Shown: positions 6,672-17,047 of the stretch, one piece after another | How positions within the stretch are numbered: the stretch's first letter is position 1 | Layout of the letters: the number at the start of each line of letters is the position of its first letter | The notes under the pieces: generated by a model | Databases searched by the model: none | Told to the model about the DNA's origin: nothing | What the model saw: only the letters and a program-made list of their open reading frames with translations | Made by a program: the position numbers and the translations under genes | NCBI GenBank assembly: GCA_003221085.1 | Contig: QHUD01000204.1 | Location: 768-35,925 of the forward strand | Direction: 5' to 3' | DNA: 35,158 nucleotides | Origin: Gemmatimonadota bacterium | GTDB lineage: Bacteria; Gemmatimonadota; Gemmatimonadetes; Gemmatimonadales; GWC2-71-9

Positions 6672-9600
6672 ATGAAATGCTTTGTCTGGTCATATGGTGT
6701 GCTCGCCACGGCGGCGTTGTTGCTCCCGGCCCGCGCGGCGACGGCGCAGGGCGTCACCTCGGCGGCGCTCACCGGGCGCCTCACCGACGAGTCGGGCGCG
6801 CCGGTCGTCAGCGCCGAGGTGGCGGTAACGAACCCGTCAACCGGCGCGCGTGCCTCCCGGCGCTCCGCGGCCGACGGGCAGTACTTCTTCGAGAACCTCG
6901 CCCCCGGCGGTCCTTACGTCGTCGAGGTCCACGCCCTGGGGTTCGGGCCGGAGAAGGCTCAAGGCGTTATGCTCACCCTCAACCAGCGTGCGATGCTCGA
7001 CTTCCACCTGAGGCGGGCCGCGGTCGAGCTGACGGGCGTGACTATCGAAGCCGAAGCGAACCCGCTGATCTCGACGTCCCGTACCGGGCCCTCGACCCTC
7101 TTGACCGCCGATGCGCTTTCACGGCTCCCGAACCTGACACGGAATTTCACCGACCTGATCCAGACGTCTCCGCTTGCCGGGACCGCCCAATCAAGCACGT
7201 CGATCGGCGGTCAAAACAATCGCTTTAACAACATTCAGATCGACGGTGGCGTGAACAACGACGTCTTCGGGCTGGCTGGCAGCGGAACGCCTGGCGGTCA
7301 GGCGAACGCCCACGCCATCTCGATCGAGGCGATTAGGGAGTATCAAATCCAGATCGCGCCCTACGACGTCCGCTCGGGCAGCTTCACGGGCGGCCTGGTC
7401 AACGCCATCACCAAGTCGGGCACCAACCAATACCACGCCTCCCTCTTCGGCTATTACATCAACCAGGAGCTGGTCGGGAAGGACACAGCCCATAACAAGG
7501 TCAGCGACTTCCTCACCGAGCAGTACGGATTCGCCGTCAGCGGGCCCATCGTGCGCGACAAGGTCCAGTTCTTCGCAACCGGCGACTGGCAGCACCGCGG
7601 TCTGCCCTTCTCGAGTCAGTTCTTGATCCGGCCCGACACGACCGGCGGGCAAGACTCGCTCGGCGTGGGCATCCGAGCGACACGCGCCGATTCGGTGATC
7701 AACACCCTGAAGACCCAGTACGGATTCGACCCCGGCGGCTTCGGTTCGCCGACCCTCGGAAACCCCGACAAGAATCTGTTCGGGAAGGTGAGCGTCCACT
7801 TCGGGACCAACAGCGATCTCGAGCTGTCGCACAATTACGTGAACGCGACCGCCGGCAACCTCACCCGCAGCCCGATCTTCGGCACACAGTTCCGCGACGG
7901 GTACCAGCTGTCGAATTCAGGGTGGGGTCAGCACAACACGACAAACACGACGCGGGCCGTCTGGAAGGCGCAGCTGTTCGAAAAGTTTTCGAACGAGCTC
8001 CTGGTGGGCCGGAACGCGATTCGCGACAAGCGCGACCTGCCGAACAACGTCCCATTGATCCTCGTCAACGGCAACCGCTCGGGCGACACGAGCTCCGTGC
8101 GGCCGGTCACCGTGTTGGCGGCCGGTTCGGACAAGTTCTCGCAGAACAACTTCCTGAACCAGGATATCTACGAGATCACGGACAACGTGACGTTTGCGTC
8201 GGGCAGACACGTGCTCACGGTGGGCACGCACAACGAGTTCTACAAGTTCTCCAACGGCTTCTTCCCGGGCTCGTTCGGGGTATGGGCGTTCACGAGCCCG
8301 GCGCAGCTCGCGGCCGGCCGTGCCTATCACTACGAGATCGCGCTCCCGGCCGACACCATCCTCAGACCGCAGGGTGCGATCGCGAACTTCAACGTGCAGC
8401 AAGTTGGCGGGTACTTGCAGGACGTCTGGGCGGCGACGCCGAAGCTCCGCGTCACCCTGGGCTTGCGGTTGGACATTCCGTTTATGGACCATCCGGTGAA
8501 AAACCCTGCTTTCGACACCATCCCGGCGTTGCCGATCAACACGTCGAACTCACCCTCCGGCAACGCCCTGTGGTCGCCACGCGTCGGTTTCAACTACGAT
8601 GCCCGGGGTGACGCATCGACGATTGTACGGGGTGGGATCGGCGTGTTCAGCGGTCGCCCACCGTACGTATGGGTGTCGAACGCGTTTGTGAACACGGGGC
8701 TTGAGCAGTTCACCCTGTCGTGCGACGGCGCTCTCGTTCCGACCACGTTTGCCGTTAACCTGCCCAGCCAGCCCAAGCTGTGCCAGGGCCAGACGACGGC
8801 GAACACCAACGCGGTGCGCACTGTCAACTACTTCGACTCGAGCTTCAAGTTTCCTCAGGATCTGAAGGTCTCGTTCGGCCTCGACAAGACGCTTCCGTGG
8901 GACGTCGTGGGAACGTTCGATTTTCTCTACACGAAGGCGGTCGAGCAGTTCTACCTCACCGACGTGAACCTGCGGGGTATCCAGGGCGCGAGCGGCGGCG
9001 AGGCCGGTCGGCCGCTGTACGGCACCATCAACGCAACCACCGGCCGGGCGACGGCCACCCGCATCGCCCCCGGCTTCAGTCAGGTGATCGAGCACAAGAA
9101 CGACAACCGCGACCGGTCGTTCTTCGTCACGGGGCAGTTTCAGAAGGTCGCGGGCCGCGCGTCGTTCAACGTTGGGTACACCTATTCGCACACCGAGGAC
9201 GTCATCTCGCTCACGTCGTCCATCGCGAGCTCGAACCTGAACTTCGGAGCGCTGGACGGGACGCTCAACAACCGCAATCTCCGCACCTCGGCGTTCGACA
9301 CGCCGCACAAGGTCACGGCGAGCGGGACTGTGAACCTTCCAGGTAACGTGGACGTCTCGCTCGTGTACATCGGGTTCTCCGGGTTCCCGTTCAGCTACAT
9401 GGTCCAAGGCGACGCCAACGCGGACGGGATCTCAGGGAACGATATGATCTACGTGCCGCGGAGCCGCAGCGACATCACGCTGGTGGACACGACGACGGCG
9501 AACTGGAACGCGCTGGACAGCTACATTAGGGGCGAGGACTGCCTGAACAACAATCGGGGTCGTCTCCTGCCGCGCAACTCGTGCCGGAACCCATGGCAGA

Positions 9601-9884
9601 ACTTCTTGAACGCCCGAGTCGTGAAGCCAATCCCCACGACCAGAGGCCAGTCGGTCGAGCTATCGATCGATCTGTTCAACATTTTGAACTTGCTCAACTC
9701 CCGCTGGGGTCGGATCAAGCAGACGGCCCAGTTCGAAGAGCAACCCATGCTCACGCAGACGGGCTACGACGCGGTGAACCAGCGAGGCATCTATCGCCTG
9801 CTCCTGCCGACGCGACCGGCCGTGTTGTCGAACTCTCTGTCGAGTCGCTGGCGCCTGCAGATGGGACTGCGGTACAGCTTCTAG
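6672..9884 (+). CDS. TonB-dependent outer-membrane receptor with N-terminal carboxypeptidase-regulatory-like domain (Oar-like)
   Basis: 1070 aa with a signal peptide (MKCFVWSYGVLATAALLLPARAATAQG). A CarboxypepD_reg-like beta-sandwich follows (GRLTDESGAPVVSAEVAVTNPSTGARASRRSAADGQYFFENLAPGGPYVV). There is a plug segment (NFTDLIQTSP...GGQNNRFNNIQIDGG) and a C-terminal aromatic residue (LRYSF). Confidence 0.85.
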   Translation: MKCFVWSYGVLATAALLLPARAATAQGVTSAALTGRLTDESGAPVVSAEVAVTNPSTGARASRRSAADGQYFFENLAPGGPYVVEVHALGFGPEKAQGVMLTLNQRAMLDFHLRRAAVELTGVTIEAEANPLISTSRTGPSTLLTADALSRLPNLTRNFTDLIQTSPLAGTAQSSTSIGGQNNRFNNIQIDGGVNNDVFGLAGSGTPGGQANAHAISIEAIREYQIQIAPYDVRSGSFTGGLVNAITKSGTNQYHASLFGYYINQELVGKDTAHNKVSDFLTEQYGFAVSGPIVRDKVQFFATGDWQHRGLPFSSQFLIRPDTTGGQDSLGVGIRATRADSVINTLKTQYGFDPGGFGSPTLGNPDKNLFGKVSVHFGTNSDLELSHNYVNATAGNLTRSPIFGTQFRDGYQLSNSGWGQHNTTNTTRAVWKAQLFEKFSNELLVGRNAIRDKRDLPNNVPLILVNGNRSGDTSSVRPVTVLAAGSDKFSQNNFLNQDIYEITDNVTFASGRHVLTVGTHNEFYKFSNGFFPGSFGVWAFTSPAQLAAGRAYHYEIALPADTILRPQGAIANFNVQQVGGYLQDVWAATPKLRVTLGLRLDIPFMDHPVKNPAFDTIPALPINTSNSPSGNALWSPRVGFNYDARGDASTIVRGGIGVFSGRPPYVWVSNAFVNTGLEQFTLSCDGALVPTTFAVNLPSQPKLCQGQTTANTNAVRTVNYFDSSFKFPQDLKVSFGLDKTLPWDVVGTFDFLYTKAVEQFYLTDVNLRGIQGASGGEAGRPLYGTINATTGRATATRIAPGFSQVIEHKNDNRDRSFFVTGQFQKVAGRASFNVGYTYSHTEDVISLTSSIASSNLNFGALDGTLNNRNLRTSAFDTPHKVTASGTVNLPGNVDVSLVYIGFSGFPFSYMVQGDANADGISGNDMIYVPRSRSDITLVDTTTANWNALDSYIRGEDCLNNNRGRLLPRNSCRNPWQNFLNARVVKPIPTTRGQSVELSIDLFNILNLLNSRWGRIKQTAQFEEQPMLTQTGYDAVNQRGIYRLLLPTRPAVLSNSLSSRWRLQMGLRYSF

Positions 9885-9901
9885 CAGGTGAACCTGTGTG
9901 G

Positions 9902-9932
9902 GAAGGGCGGAGGGCTCGGCTCTCTGCCCTTC
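9902..9932. terminator. Candidate bidirectional terminator hairpin between the convergent receptor and lptG-like genes
   Basis: gaagggcggaggg-ctcgg-ctctctgcccttc forms a 13-bp stem (two G-U pairs) with a 5-nt loop. No clear T-run follows on either strand. Confidence 0.35.
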
Positions 9933-9945
9933 GCGTTCACTGGGG

Positions 9946-11037
9946 TCAGGTCTGAGCCTTCCGCCACAACCACACACCCGCCGCCCCGAATAGCACGTTC
10001 GGCACCCACGCCGCGAAGGCCGGCGGCAGGGCTCCGCCCGCACCCACCGCCTTCGACAGCTGGAACATCAGCAGGTCCACGAACGTCGTGGCGAGGCATA
10101 CCGCCACTCCCCACGCCATGCCGCTCCGCGGGGTGGAGATCGCGAGCGGCGCCCCGAACAGCGCGATGACGATACAGGCGAACGGCACCGAGAGCTTGAG
10201 CGCCCGCTCCACCCGCAGCTTTTTCGTGTCCGAGCCGGAGCGCGACAGCGCGTCGACGTAGCGCCCCAGCTCCGCGTAGCGCATCTCGTCCGGTGCCTTG
10301 GGCTCGGCCAGGAGGGCGGTGGGCGTCTCGCGCAGGCTCGTGATCCTGAGCGAGTCGAACGTGAAGGTCGTCTCCCGCCCGGGGCCGAGCAGGTAGCGCA
10401 CCGCGCCCTTGCCGAGCGTCCAGCCGCGCGCCTGCCGTGCCGTGTCGTACGTCGCGCGTTGCGCCGCGACCAGGATCGTCGGGTAGTCCTCCCCCGTGCC
10501 CCCGCGCTCCATGATCGGATCCCGCATGTCCGCCCCGCTCGTCCTGAGCTCCAGCGAGCGGATCGAGTACACCCAACCGCTGTCGGCGCGGTAGACGAAG
10601 GGCGAGAAGCGCGAGATCGTCGGGCGGGCGGTTTTCTCCCCCAAGAGCTCGGCGCGCCGGGCCGAGGCGCCGGGGGCGAGCTCGGTGAGCCCCAGATCGA
10701 GCAGCACCGCCGCGAGCGAGGCGACGAGCAGCGGCCGCACCACCCGATGGAACGAGATCCCCGAGGCCTTGGCCGCGGTCAGCTCCGAGTGGCGACCGAG
10801 CGCGCCGACCGTGAACACCACGGCGAACAGCACCGCCACCGGGAGCACCAGCGAGATCGTCTCCGGCAGATAGAACAGGTAAGAATACGCGACACGCGCC
10901 TTCGAAATGCCGCGGCCGAAATAGGCGTCGAACTTGTCGGCCAGATCGATCACCATCACCAGGAAGGGGAATCCCAACGCCGCCAGGAGACACACCTTGG
11001 TCCACTCGCGCAGGACGTAGCGATCGAGCGTGTTCAT
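9946..11037 (-). CDS. lptG: LptF/LptG family LPS export permease (YjgP/YjgQ), downstream paralog
   Basis: 363 aa starting MNTLDRYVLREWTKVCLLAALGFPFLVMVIDL..., with HSELTAAKASGISFHRVVRPLL. Its ATG overlaps the stop of the upstream paralog (ATGA). The rest of the 747-aa track ORF is off-frame read-through. Confidence 0.75.
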   Translation of the reverse strand: MNTLDRYVLREWTKVCLLAALGFPFLVMVIDLADKFDAYFGRGISKARVAYSYLFYLPETISLVLPVAVLFAVVFTVGALGRHSELTAAKASGISFHRVVRPLLVASLAAVLLDLGLTELAPGASARRAELLGEKTARPTISRFSPFVYRADSGWVYSIRSLELRTSGADMRDPIMERGGTGEDYPTILVAAQRATYDTARQARGWTLGKGAVRYLLGPGRETTFTFDSLRITSLRETPTALLAEPKAPDEMRYAELGRYVDALSRSGSDTKKLRVERALKLSVPFACIVIALFGAPLAISTPRSGMAWGVAVCLATTFVDLLMFQLSKAVGAGGALPPAFAAWVPNVLFGAAGVWLWRKAQT

Positions 11038-12551
11038 GGGACGCTGCGCCAGCGCGGTCGGAGCAGGGAGCCGGGCCAACGGATCACACCCGCGACCATG
11101 TCGACGACGTCGCTCCAGTCTCCGCCGTGGGGCGCGTTGCCGGGCTTGCGGATGCGCCACAGGCCGATCAGGCCGGCGGTCGCGAAGATCAAGTTCGGCG
11201 TCCACATCGCCAGGAACGGCGTCACGACCAGGCGGTCGCCAAGCTCCTCGCCGACGATCAGGCCGACGTAATAGACGGTGAACACCGCGACGCTCATCCC
11301 GATCACCAGCCCCACACCGCCGCGCTGGAACCGCAGCGCCACGGGCACGCCCACCAGCGCGAACACCAGGCACGCGGTCGCGATGGCGTATTTCTTCTGA
11401 ATCTCGACCTCGTAGGTCGCCTCGCGACTGCGGGCGTCGTGGAGCCGCTGCTCTTCGCCGACACCCGCGCCCGGGGTGACGTACAGCTGGGGTACGGGGC
11501 GGCCCGTGGGGGGTGGTGGTGTGGCCTGCGGCGTCTGGGCATGGGCCTCCGGCGGCAAGAGCCAGGCGGCGAGCCGCCGCAGCGCCCGGCAGTAGACACC
11601 GGGGGGCGCGGTGTCGGGCACGTACGCCACTGGCGGTGGCCCCACGGGCGCGAGCCCCGCCAGCCGGTGCAGATCGTTCTCGATCACCAGCCGCGCGTCT
11701 TCGGCCGCCTGGCTGGCATCGCGCCGGGCCGCCGCGGCGGCCAGGCGCATCTCGCACGTGGACATCTCGCGGTCGCTCTTGTAGGTGTCGTGCTCCGTCT
11801 GGGTGAAAATGTTTCCCACGCCCGAGACCCGCATGCGGTTGGTGCGAAAGAAGGTGCGGTTGAACTGCGTCGGGTCCGTGCGATTGACTTCCTCGATGTC
11901 TCCGTCCGCGAGCGTCAGGAACAGATCCCGCCCACCGCCGGCATACGCCATCCGCCCGCTGTCCGCGGTGACGATGCGCCGGCGCTCGGCGTCGCTCAGG
12001 TCGTAGAGCGTTACGTCTTTGAGCTTGTTCGTATTGCCGTCGATGCGCGAAGCGCGCAGGAACGTCTGCCCCGGCACGACCTCGTTGATCACCTGCTCCT
12101 TGAGCGTCAACGACGGCTTCTTGCGTGCGATGTCCACCTGCAGGGTGCGGAGCGCGTGGTTGGTGCGGGGGAGCAGCTGGTCGTTCCATAAGAACGACAG
12201 CAGCGCGACGCCGGTCGCGCCCGCGAGCACCGGCGCGACCAGACGCGCGACGCTGACGCCCCCGGCCTGCAGCGCCGTGATCTCGTTGTCGCCCGCGAGT
12301 CGCGTGAACACGTGCAGCACCGCGACCAGCACCGCCATCGGCAGCGTTACGGCCACGATAAACGGCAGCGAGAGCACGAACACTTCGGCGATCACACCCG
12401 CGGGCAGCCCCTTCCCGAGCAGGCCGGAGAGCTGCTTGGCGACCTGCTGGATGAGCATCAGCGAGGTGAGCGCCGCCAGGGCGAAGCCGAGCGGCGCGAT
12501 GTGTTGACGCAGGAGATACCGGCTGACGGTGCGCACGATCAGTGGCGCCAT
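11034..12551 (-). CDS. lptF: LptF/LptG family LPS export permease with an enlarged periplasmic insert
   Basis: 505 aa: SRYLLRQHIAPLGFALAALTSLMLIQQVAK..., NEITALQAGGVSVARLVAPVL, and C-terminal TM helices. A Pro-rich insert of more than 100 aa (PVGPPPVAYVPDTAPP...TPQATPPPPTGRPVP) lies between the beta-jellyroll and TM4. Confidence 0.75.
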   Translation of the reverse strand: MAPLIVRTVSRYLLRQHIAPLGFALAALTSLMLIQQVAKQLSGLLGKGLPAGVIAEVFVLSLPFIVAVTLPMAVLVAVLHVFTRLAGDNEITALQAGGVSVARLVAPVLAGATGVALLSFLWNDQLLPRTNHALRTLQVDIARKKPSLTLKEQVINEVVPGQTFLRASRIDGNTNKLKDVTLYDLSDAERRRIVTADSGRMAYAGGGRDLFLTLADGDIEEVNRTDPTQFNRTFFRTNRMRVSGVGNIFTQTEHDTYKSDREMSTCEMRLAAAAARRDASQAAEDARLVIENDLHRLAGLAPVGPPPVAYVPDTAPPGVYCRALRRLAAWLLPPEAHAQTPQATPPPPTGRPVPQLYVTPGAGVGEEQRLHDARSREATYEVEIQKKYAIATACLVFALVGVPVALRFQRGGVGLVIGMSVAVFTVYYVGLIVGEELGDRLVVTPFLAMWTPNLIFATAGLIGLWRIRKPGNAPHGGDWSDVVDMVAGVIRWPGSLLRPRWRSVP

Positions 12552-12592
12552 TATATTCGGAAGTCCAAGTCTCTACAAGACATCACTACCCT

Positions 12593-13522
12593 GTGACCAT
12601 CCGAAAGAGCCACCTCTGGCGCGCGGCCGCGTGTCTCGCGCTTGGCATCGCCTGCACCGCGCGCGGCGGAGCGAGCCGCCCGCGCGAGTTCGCCGGCGCG
12701 CGCGCCTTCGGGTACCTCGAGCAGCAGATGCAATTCGGCCCGCGGGTGCCCGGGACGCCGGCGCACGAGCGCACCGGCGATTGGATTCTGCAACGGCTCC
12801 GTGCGACGGCCGACACGGTGGTTGTTCAGCAGATTGCCTTCAAGACTCGGACCGGTCAGGTCTTGCACCTGCGCAACTTCTTCGCCCGCTTCCGACCGGC
12901 GGCCACGGAGCGGGTGCTGTTCCTCGCCCACTGGGACTCCCGTCCCCACGCCGACCAGAGCCAGAACCTGGGCCAGCAGCGCCTTCCGGTCCCCGGAGCG
13001 AACGACGGCGCGTCGGGCGTGGCCCTCCTGCTCGGAGTCGCCGACGTGCTCAAGGCGAAGCCGCCCGCCGTCGGCGTGGATCTGCTGTTCACGGATGGCG
13101 AGGACTACGGCACGTCGTGGTCCGCGTGGGAGGCCGATACGAGCGATGTCCTGATCGGCTCCCGCTACTTCGCGGCCCACCAGCCCTCGGGCTACCAGCC
13201 CCTCTTCGCGGTGCTGTTCGACATGGTGGCGGACAAGGACCAGCAGTTCTACTACGAGGGCAATTCCCAGGCTTTCGCCCCCGAAGTGGTCGACCGGGTG
13301 TGGCGCACCGCCGCTGATTTGGGGTACAGCCGCGTTTTCATTCCTGGCGTGAAGCCGACATTGACCGACGATCACGTTGCCCTGCAGAAGGCAGGCATCC
13401 ACGCGATCGACGTCGTGGACTTCGATTACCCGTACTGGCACACGACGGAAGACACCATCGACAAGGTGAGCGCGGCGTCTTTGCAAGTTGTCGGTGATGT
13501 CGCGGTGGCGCTGGTGCGGTAA
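12593..13522 (+). CDS. M28 family zinc peptidase / glutaminyl-cyclase-like, secreted
   Basis: Motifs: FLAHWDSRPHAD, GANDGASGVALLLGVA, LLFTDGEDYG and HTTEDT. I prefer GTG 12593 (MTIRKSHLWRAAACLALGIAC..., signal-peptide-like) as the start. The track start 12542 would overlap the divergent lptF start and cover an AT-richer, intergenic-looking stretch. Confidence 0.75.
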   Translation: MTIRKSHLWRAAACLALGIACTARGGASRPREFAGARAFGYLEQQMQFGPRVPGTPAHERTGDWILQRLRATADTVVVQQIAFKTRTGQVLHLRNFFARFRPAATERVLFLAHWDSRPHADQSQNLGQQRLPVPGANDGASGVALLLGVADVLKAKPPAVGVDLLFTDGEDYGTSWSAWEADTSDVLIGSRYFAAHQPSGYQPLFAVLFDMVADKDQQFYYEGNSQAFAPEVVDRVWRTAADLGYSRVFIPGVKPTLTDDHVALQKAGIHAIDVVDFDYPYWHTTEDTIDKVSAASLQVVGDVAVALVR

Positions 13523-13524
13523 CC

Positions 13525-13627
13525 AATGCGGAATGCGGAGTGTGGAATGCGGAATTGAAGGGAGAGGTCAAGCCGCGACACGACGCTTCCACTGACATTC
13601 CGCACTTCGCATTCCGCATTCCGCACT
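13525..13627. repeat. Inverted array of CATTCCG heptamers (4 + 4 units) with a 41-nt loop
   Basis: The left arm is aatgcgg aatgcgg agtgtgg aatgcgg aat (13525-13555). The right arm is attccg cacttcg cattccg cattccg cact (13597-13627). The arms are complementary except for about 5 mismatches, and the array starts 3 nt after the M28 stop. Confidence 0.85.
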
Positions 13628-13704
13628 CGTGACCCGCAATCTTTCGGCGCTGCGTGCATCGAACGGATGACGTGAGCTGGCAAGGGCACCGTTAGTGTGT
13701 CCCG

Positions 13705-14106
13705 GTGGATGATCGCCGCGCCGCCCTCCTGCTCGCCCTCCTCGCCCTCGCGGGCGCAGCTGTGCGCTTGGCGCTCGCGCCCGTCACAGCCGCGGCGCCC
13801 GGTGACGTGCAGCTCGTGTCCGTCGATACGCCGCCCACCGGCCGGCTGTCTGTCACCGCGCGCAGCGCCGCCCGGCTCGCGCGGCCGCTGCTCCCGGGTG
13901 AGCGGGTCGACCTCGACCGCGCCGACGTGACCGAGATCACGCGTCTCCCACGAATCGGTCCCGCCTTTGCGCAGCGGATTGTCGCTTGGCGTGAGGAGCA
14001 CGGTGCGTTCGGCGGGCTGGCGCGGTTCGACAGTGTGCCCGGGGTGGGTCCGAAGCTGGTCGAGGCGCTCCGACCCTACGTGATGTTTTCGGGGGTGACG
14101 CCGTGA
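13705..14106 (+). CDS. comEA: ComEA family DNA-binding protein (membrane-anchored helix-hairpin-helix)
   Basis: 133 aa with a GTG start and an N-terminal anchor (LLLALLALAGAAV). The C-terminal tandem HhH reads ITRLPRIGPAFAQRIVAWREEHGAFGGLARFDSVPGVGPKLVEAL. Confidence 0.8.
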   Translation: MDDRRAALLLALLALAGAAVRLALAPVTAAAPGDVQLVSVDTPPTGRLSVTARSAARLARPLLPGERVDLDRADVTEITRLPRIGPAFAQRIVAWREEHGAFGGLARFDSVPGVGPKLVEALRPYVMFSGVTP

Positions 14107-14115
14107 CGGGGAGCG

Positions 14116-14160
14116 ACCTCCACAACCTCCCCCAACCTCCTCAACCTCCACAACCTGCCC
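14116..14160. repeat. Five phased AACCTCC repeats (9-10 bp period) between comEA and pilB
   Basis: ACCTCC occurs at 14116, 14125, 14135 and 14144, and ACCTGC at 14153. The reverse strand reads GGAGGTT five times. Confidence 0.8.
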
Positions 14161-14169
14161 CGCTCGGGG

Positions 14170-14197
14170 TTGACTTCCCCCCGTCGCCCCATATGTT
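14170..14197 (+). promoter_or_regulatory. Candidate sigma-70-type promoter TTGACT-N16-TATGTT upstream of or overlapping the pilB start
   Basis: TTGACT lies at 14170-14175 and TATGTT at 14192-14197. The -10 element abuts ATG 14198. If this promoter is real, pilB would start at a downstream in-frame codon such as TTG 14219. Confidence 0.25.
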
Positions 14198-15930
14198 ATG
14201 CTGTTCATTTTCAACGAGTTGCGTACGGCGACCGCAGCAGCCACCTCCGACAAGCTGGGTGAGATCCTCCTCCGGGAGGGGCTGATCACCCAGGACCAGC
14301 TCAAAAAGGCCCTCCTCGAGCAGAAAAACACGGGGATGCGCCTGGGCTATACCCTGGTGAAGCTGGGCTTCGTCGAGGAGACCGAGATCTCCAAGATGCT
14401 GGCCCGCCAGTACCGCATGCCGGCGGTCGACCTCTCCCGCTTCGAGGTGGACCCCAAGATCATCAAGCTGCTTCCCCCCGACGTCGCGACCAAGCACACC
14501 GTCCTGCCGCTCAAGCGCGAGGGCCGGACCCTCACGGTCGCGATCGCGGACCCGAACAACGTCACGGCGATCGAGGACATCAAGTTCATCACCCGCTGCG
14601 ACGTGTTCCCGGTGATTGCGGGCGAGTACACCCTCCGGAACGCGATCGAGAAGTACTACCAGCAATCCGACGCCCAGCTGCAGACGCTGCTCAAGGACAT
14701 CGAGGCCGCGGACGACCTCGAGGTCGTCGAGGAGCAGACGGACGATGACGTCAAAGCGCAGGACCTGGCCGACGACGCGCCGGTGGTGAAGTTGATCAAC
14801 GGGTTGCTCACGGACGCGGTGAAGCGCGGGGCGTCGGACATTCACATCGAGCCGTTCGAGCACGAGATGCGGGTGCGCTACCGCGTGGACGGGGCGCTGC
14901 ACGAGGTGATGAAGCCGCCGATCAAGATGCGCGCGGCGTTGACGTCACGCATCAAGATCATGGCGCAGCTGAACATCGCGGAGCGTCGCGTGCCGCAGGA
15001 CGGGCGCATCAAGCTCAAGTTCGGCGCCAAGGTCATCGATTACCGCGTCTCGACCCTGCCCGTGCTGTTCGGCGAGAAGATCGTGCTCCGGATTCTCGAC
15101 AAGGGCAACCTGACGCTGGATCTGACGAAGTTCGGCTTCGAGCCCAAGGCCGAGGGGGAGCTGTTGCGGGCGATCCTGAACCCGTACGGCATGGTGCTGG
15201 TGACGGGCCCGACGGGGTCGGGCAAGACGACCACCTTGTACTCGGCGCTGTCGCGCATCAACCAGATCGACGTGAACATCATGACCGCCGAGGATCCCGT
15301 CGAGTACAACCTGATGGGGATCAATCAGGTGCTGGTGCGCAACGACGTGGGGATGACGTTCGCGGCGGCGTTGAAGGCATTTCTGCGGCAGGACCCGAAC
15401 ATCATCATGGTGGGCGAGATCCGCGATCTCGAGACCGGATCGATCGCGATCAAGGCGGCCCTCACGGGTCACCTGGTGCTCTCGACGCTCCACACCAACG
15501 ACGCGCCGTCCACGGTGACCCGCATGATCGACATGGGGATCGAGCCGTTCAACGTGGCGAGCGCGGTCAACCTGATCGTGGCGCAGCGCCTCGTGCGCCG
15601 CGTGTGCTCCGAGTGCAAGCAGGAGCACACCTACACGGCCGAGGAGATTCATGCGTTCGGCATCGCGCCCGCGGAAGCGGCGAAGCTGACGTTTTACAAA
15701 GGCGCGGGCTGCGACACCTGCAGCGGCTCGGGGTACAAGGGCCGGCAGGGGCTGTACGAGGTCATGGCCATGACCAGCGCCGTGCGGCGTATGGTCCTGA
15801 AGGGCGGTTCGACCGAGGAGCTGCGGGAGCAGGCGGTGAAGGACGGCATGCTCACCCTGCGGATGGACGGCATGCTGAAGGTGAAGCGCGGCATCACCAC
15901 CCTGGAAGAAGTCGTCAAGGAGACAGCGGC

Positions 15931-15934
<4 letters not shown>
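14198..15934 (+). CDS. pilB: Type IV pilus assembly (extension) ATPase PilB, GspE family
   Basis: 578 aa. It has the T2SSE N-terminal domain, Walker A (GPTGSGKTTT), Asp box (AEDPVEY), Walker B (IIMVGEIRD), His box (GHLVLSTLHTND) and a tetracysteine motif (CSECK...CDTCSGSGYKGR). The start could instead be TTG 14219. Confidence 0.92.
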
Positions 15935-17026
<1,092 letters not shown>

Positions 17027-17047
17027 GCGCCCCGGAGGGAGTGAGCT

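Noticed and set aside
9946-12189. 747-aa ORF suggesting a fused LptF-LptG protein
   Set aside because: The first roughly 380 residues are Arg/Pro/Ala-rich off-frame read-through across the lptF-like gene. Sensible membrane-protein sequence begins at MNTLDRYVLRE (ATG 11037).
13525-13627. Possible CRISPR array or tRNA-like structure in the heptamer repeats
   Set aside because: The repeat unit is only 7 bp with no spacers, and the two halves are inverted rather than direct. No cloverleaf or cas genes are present.
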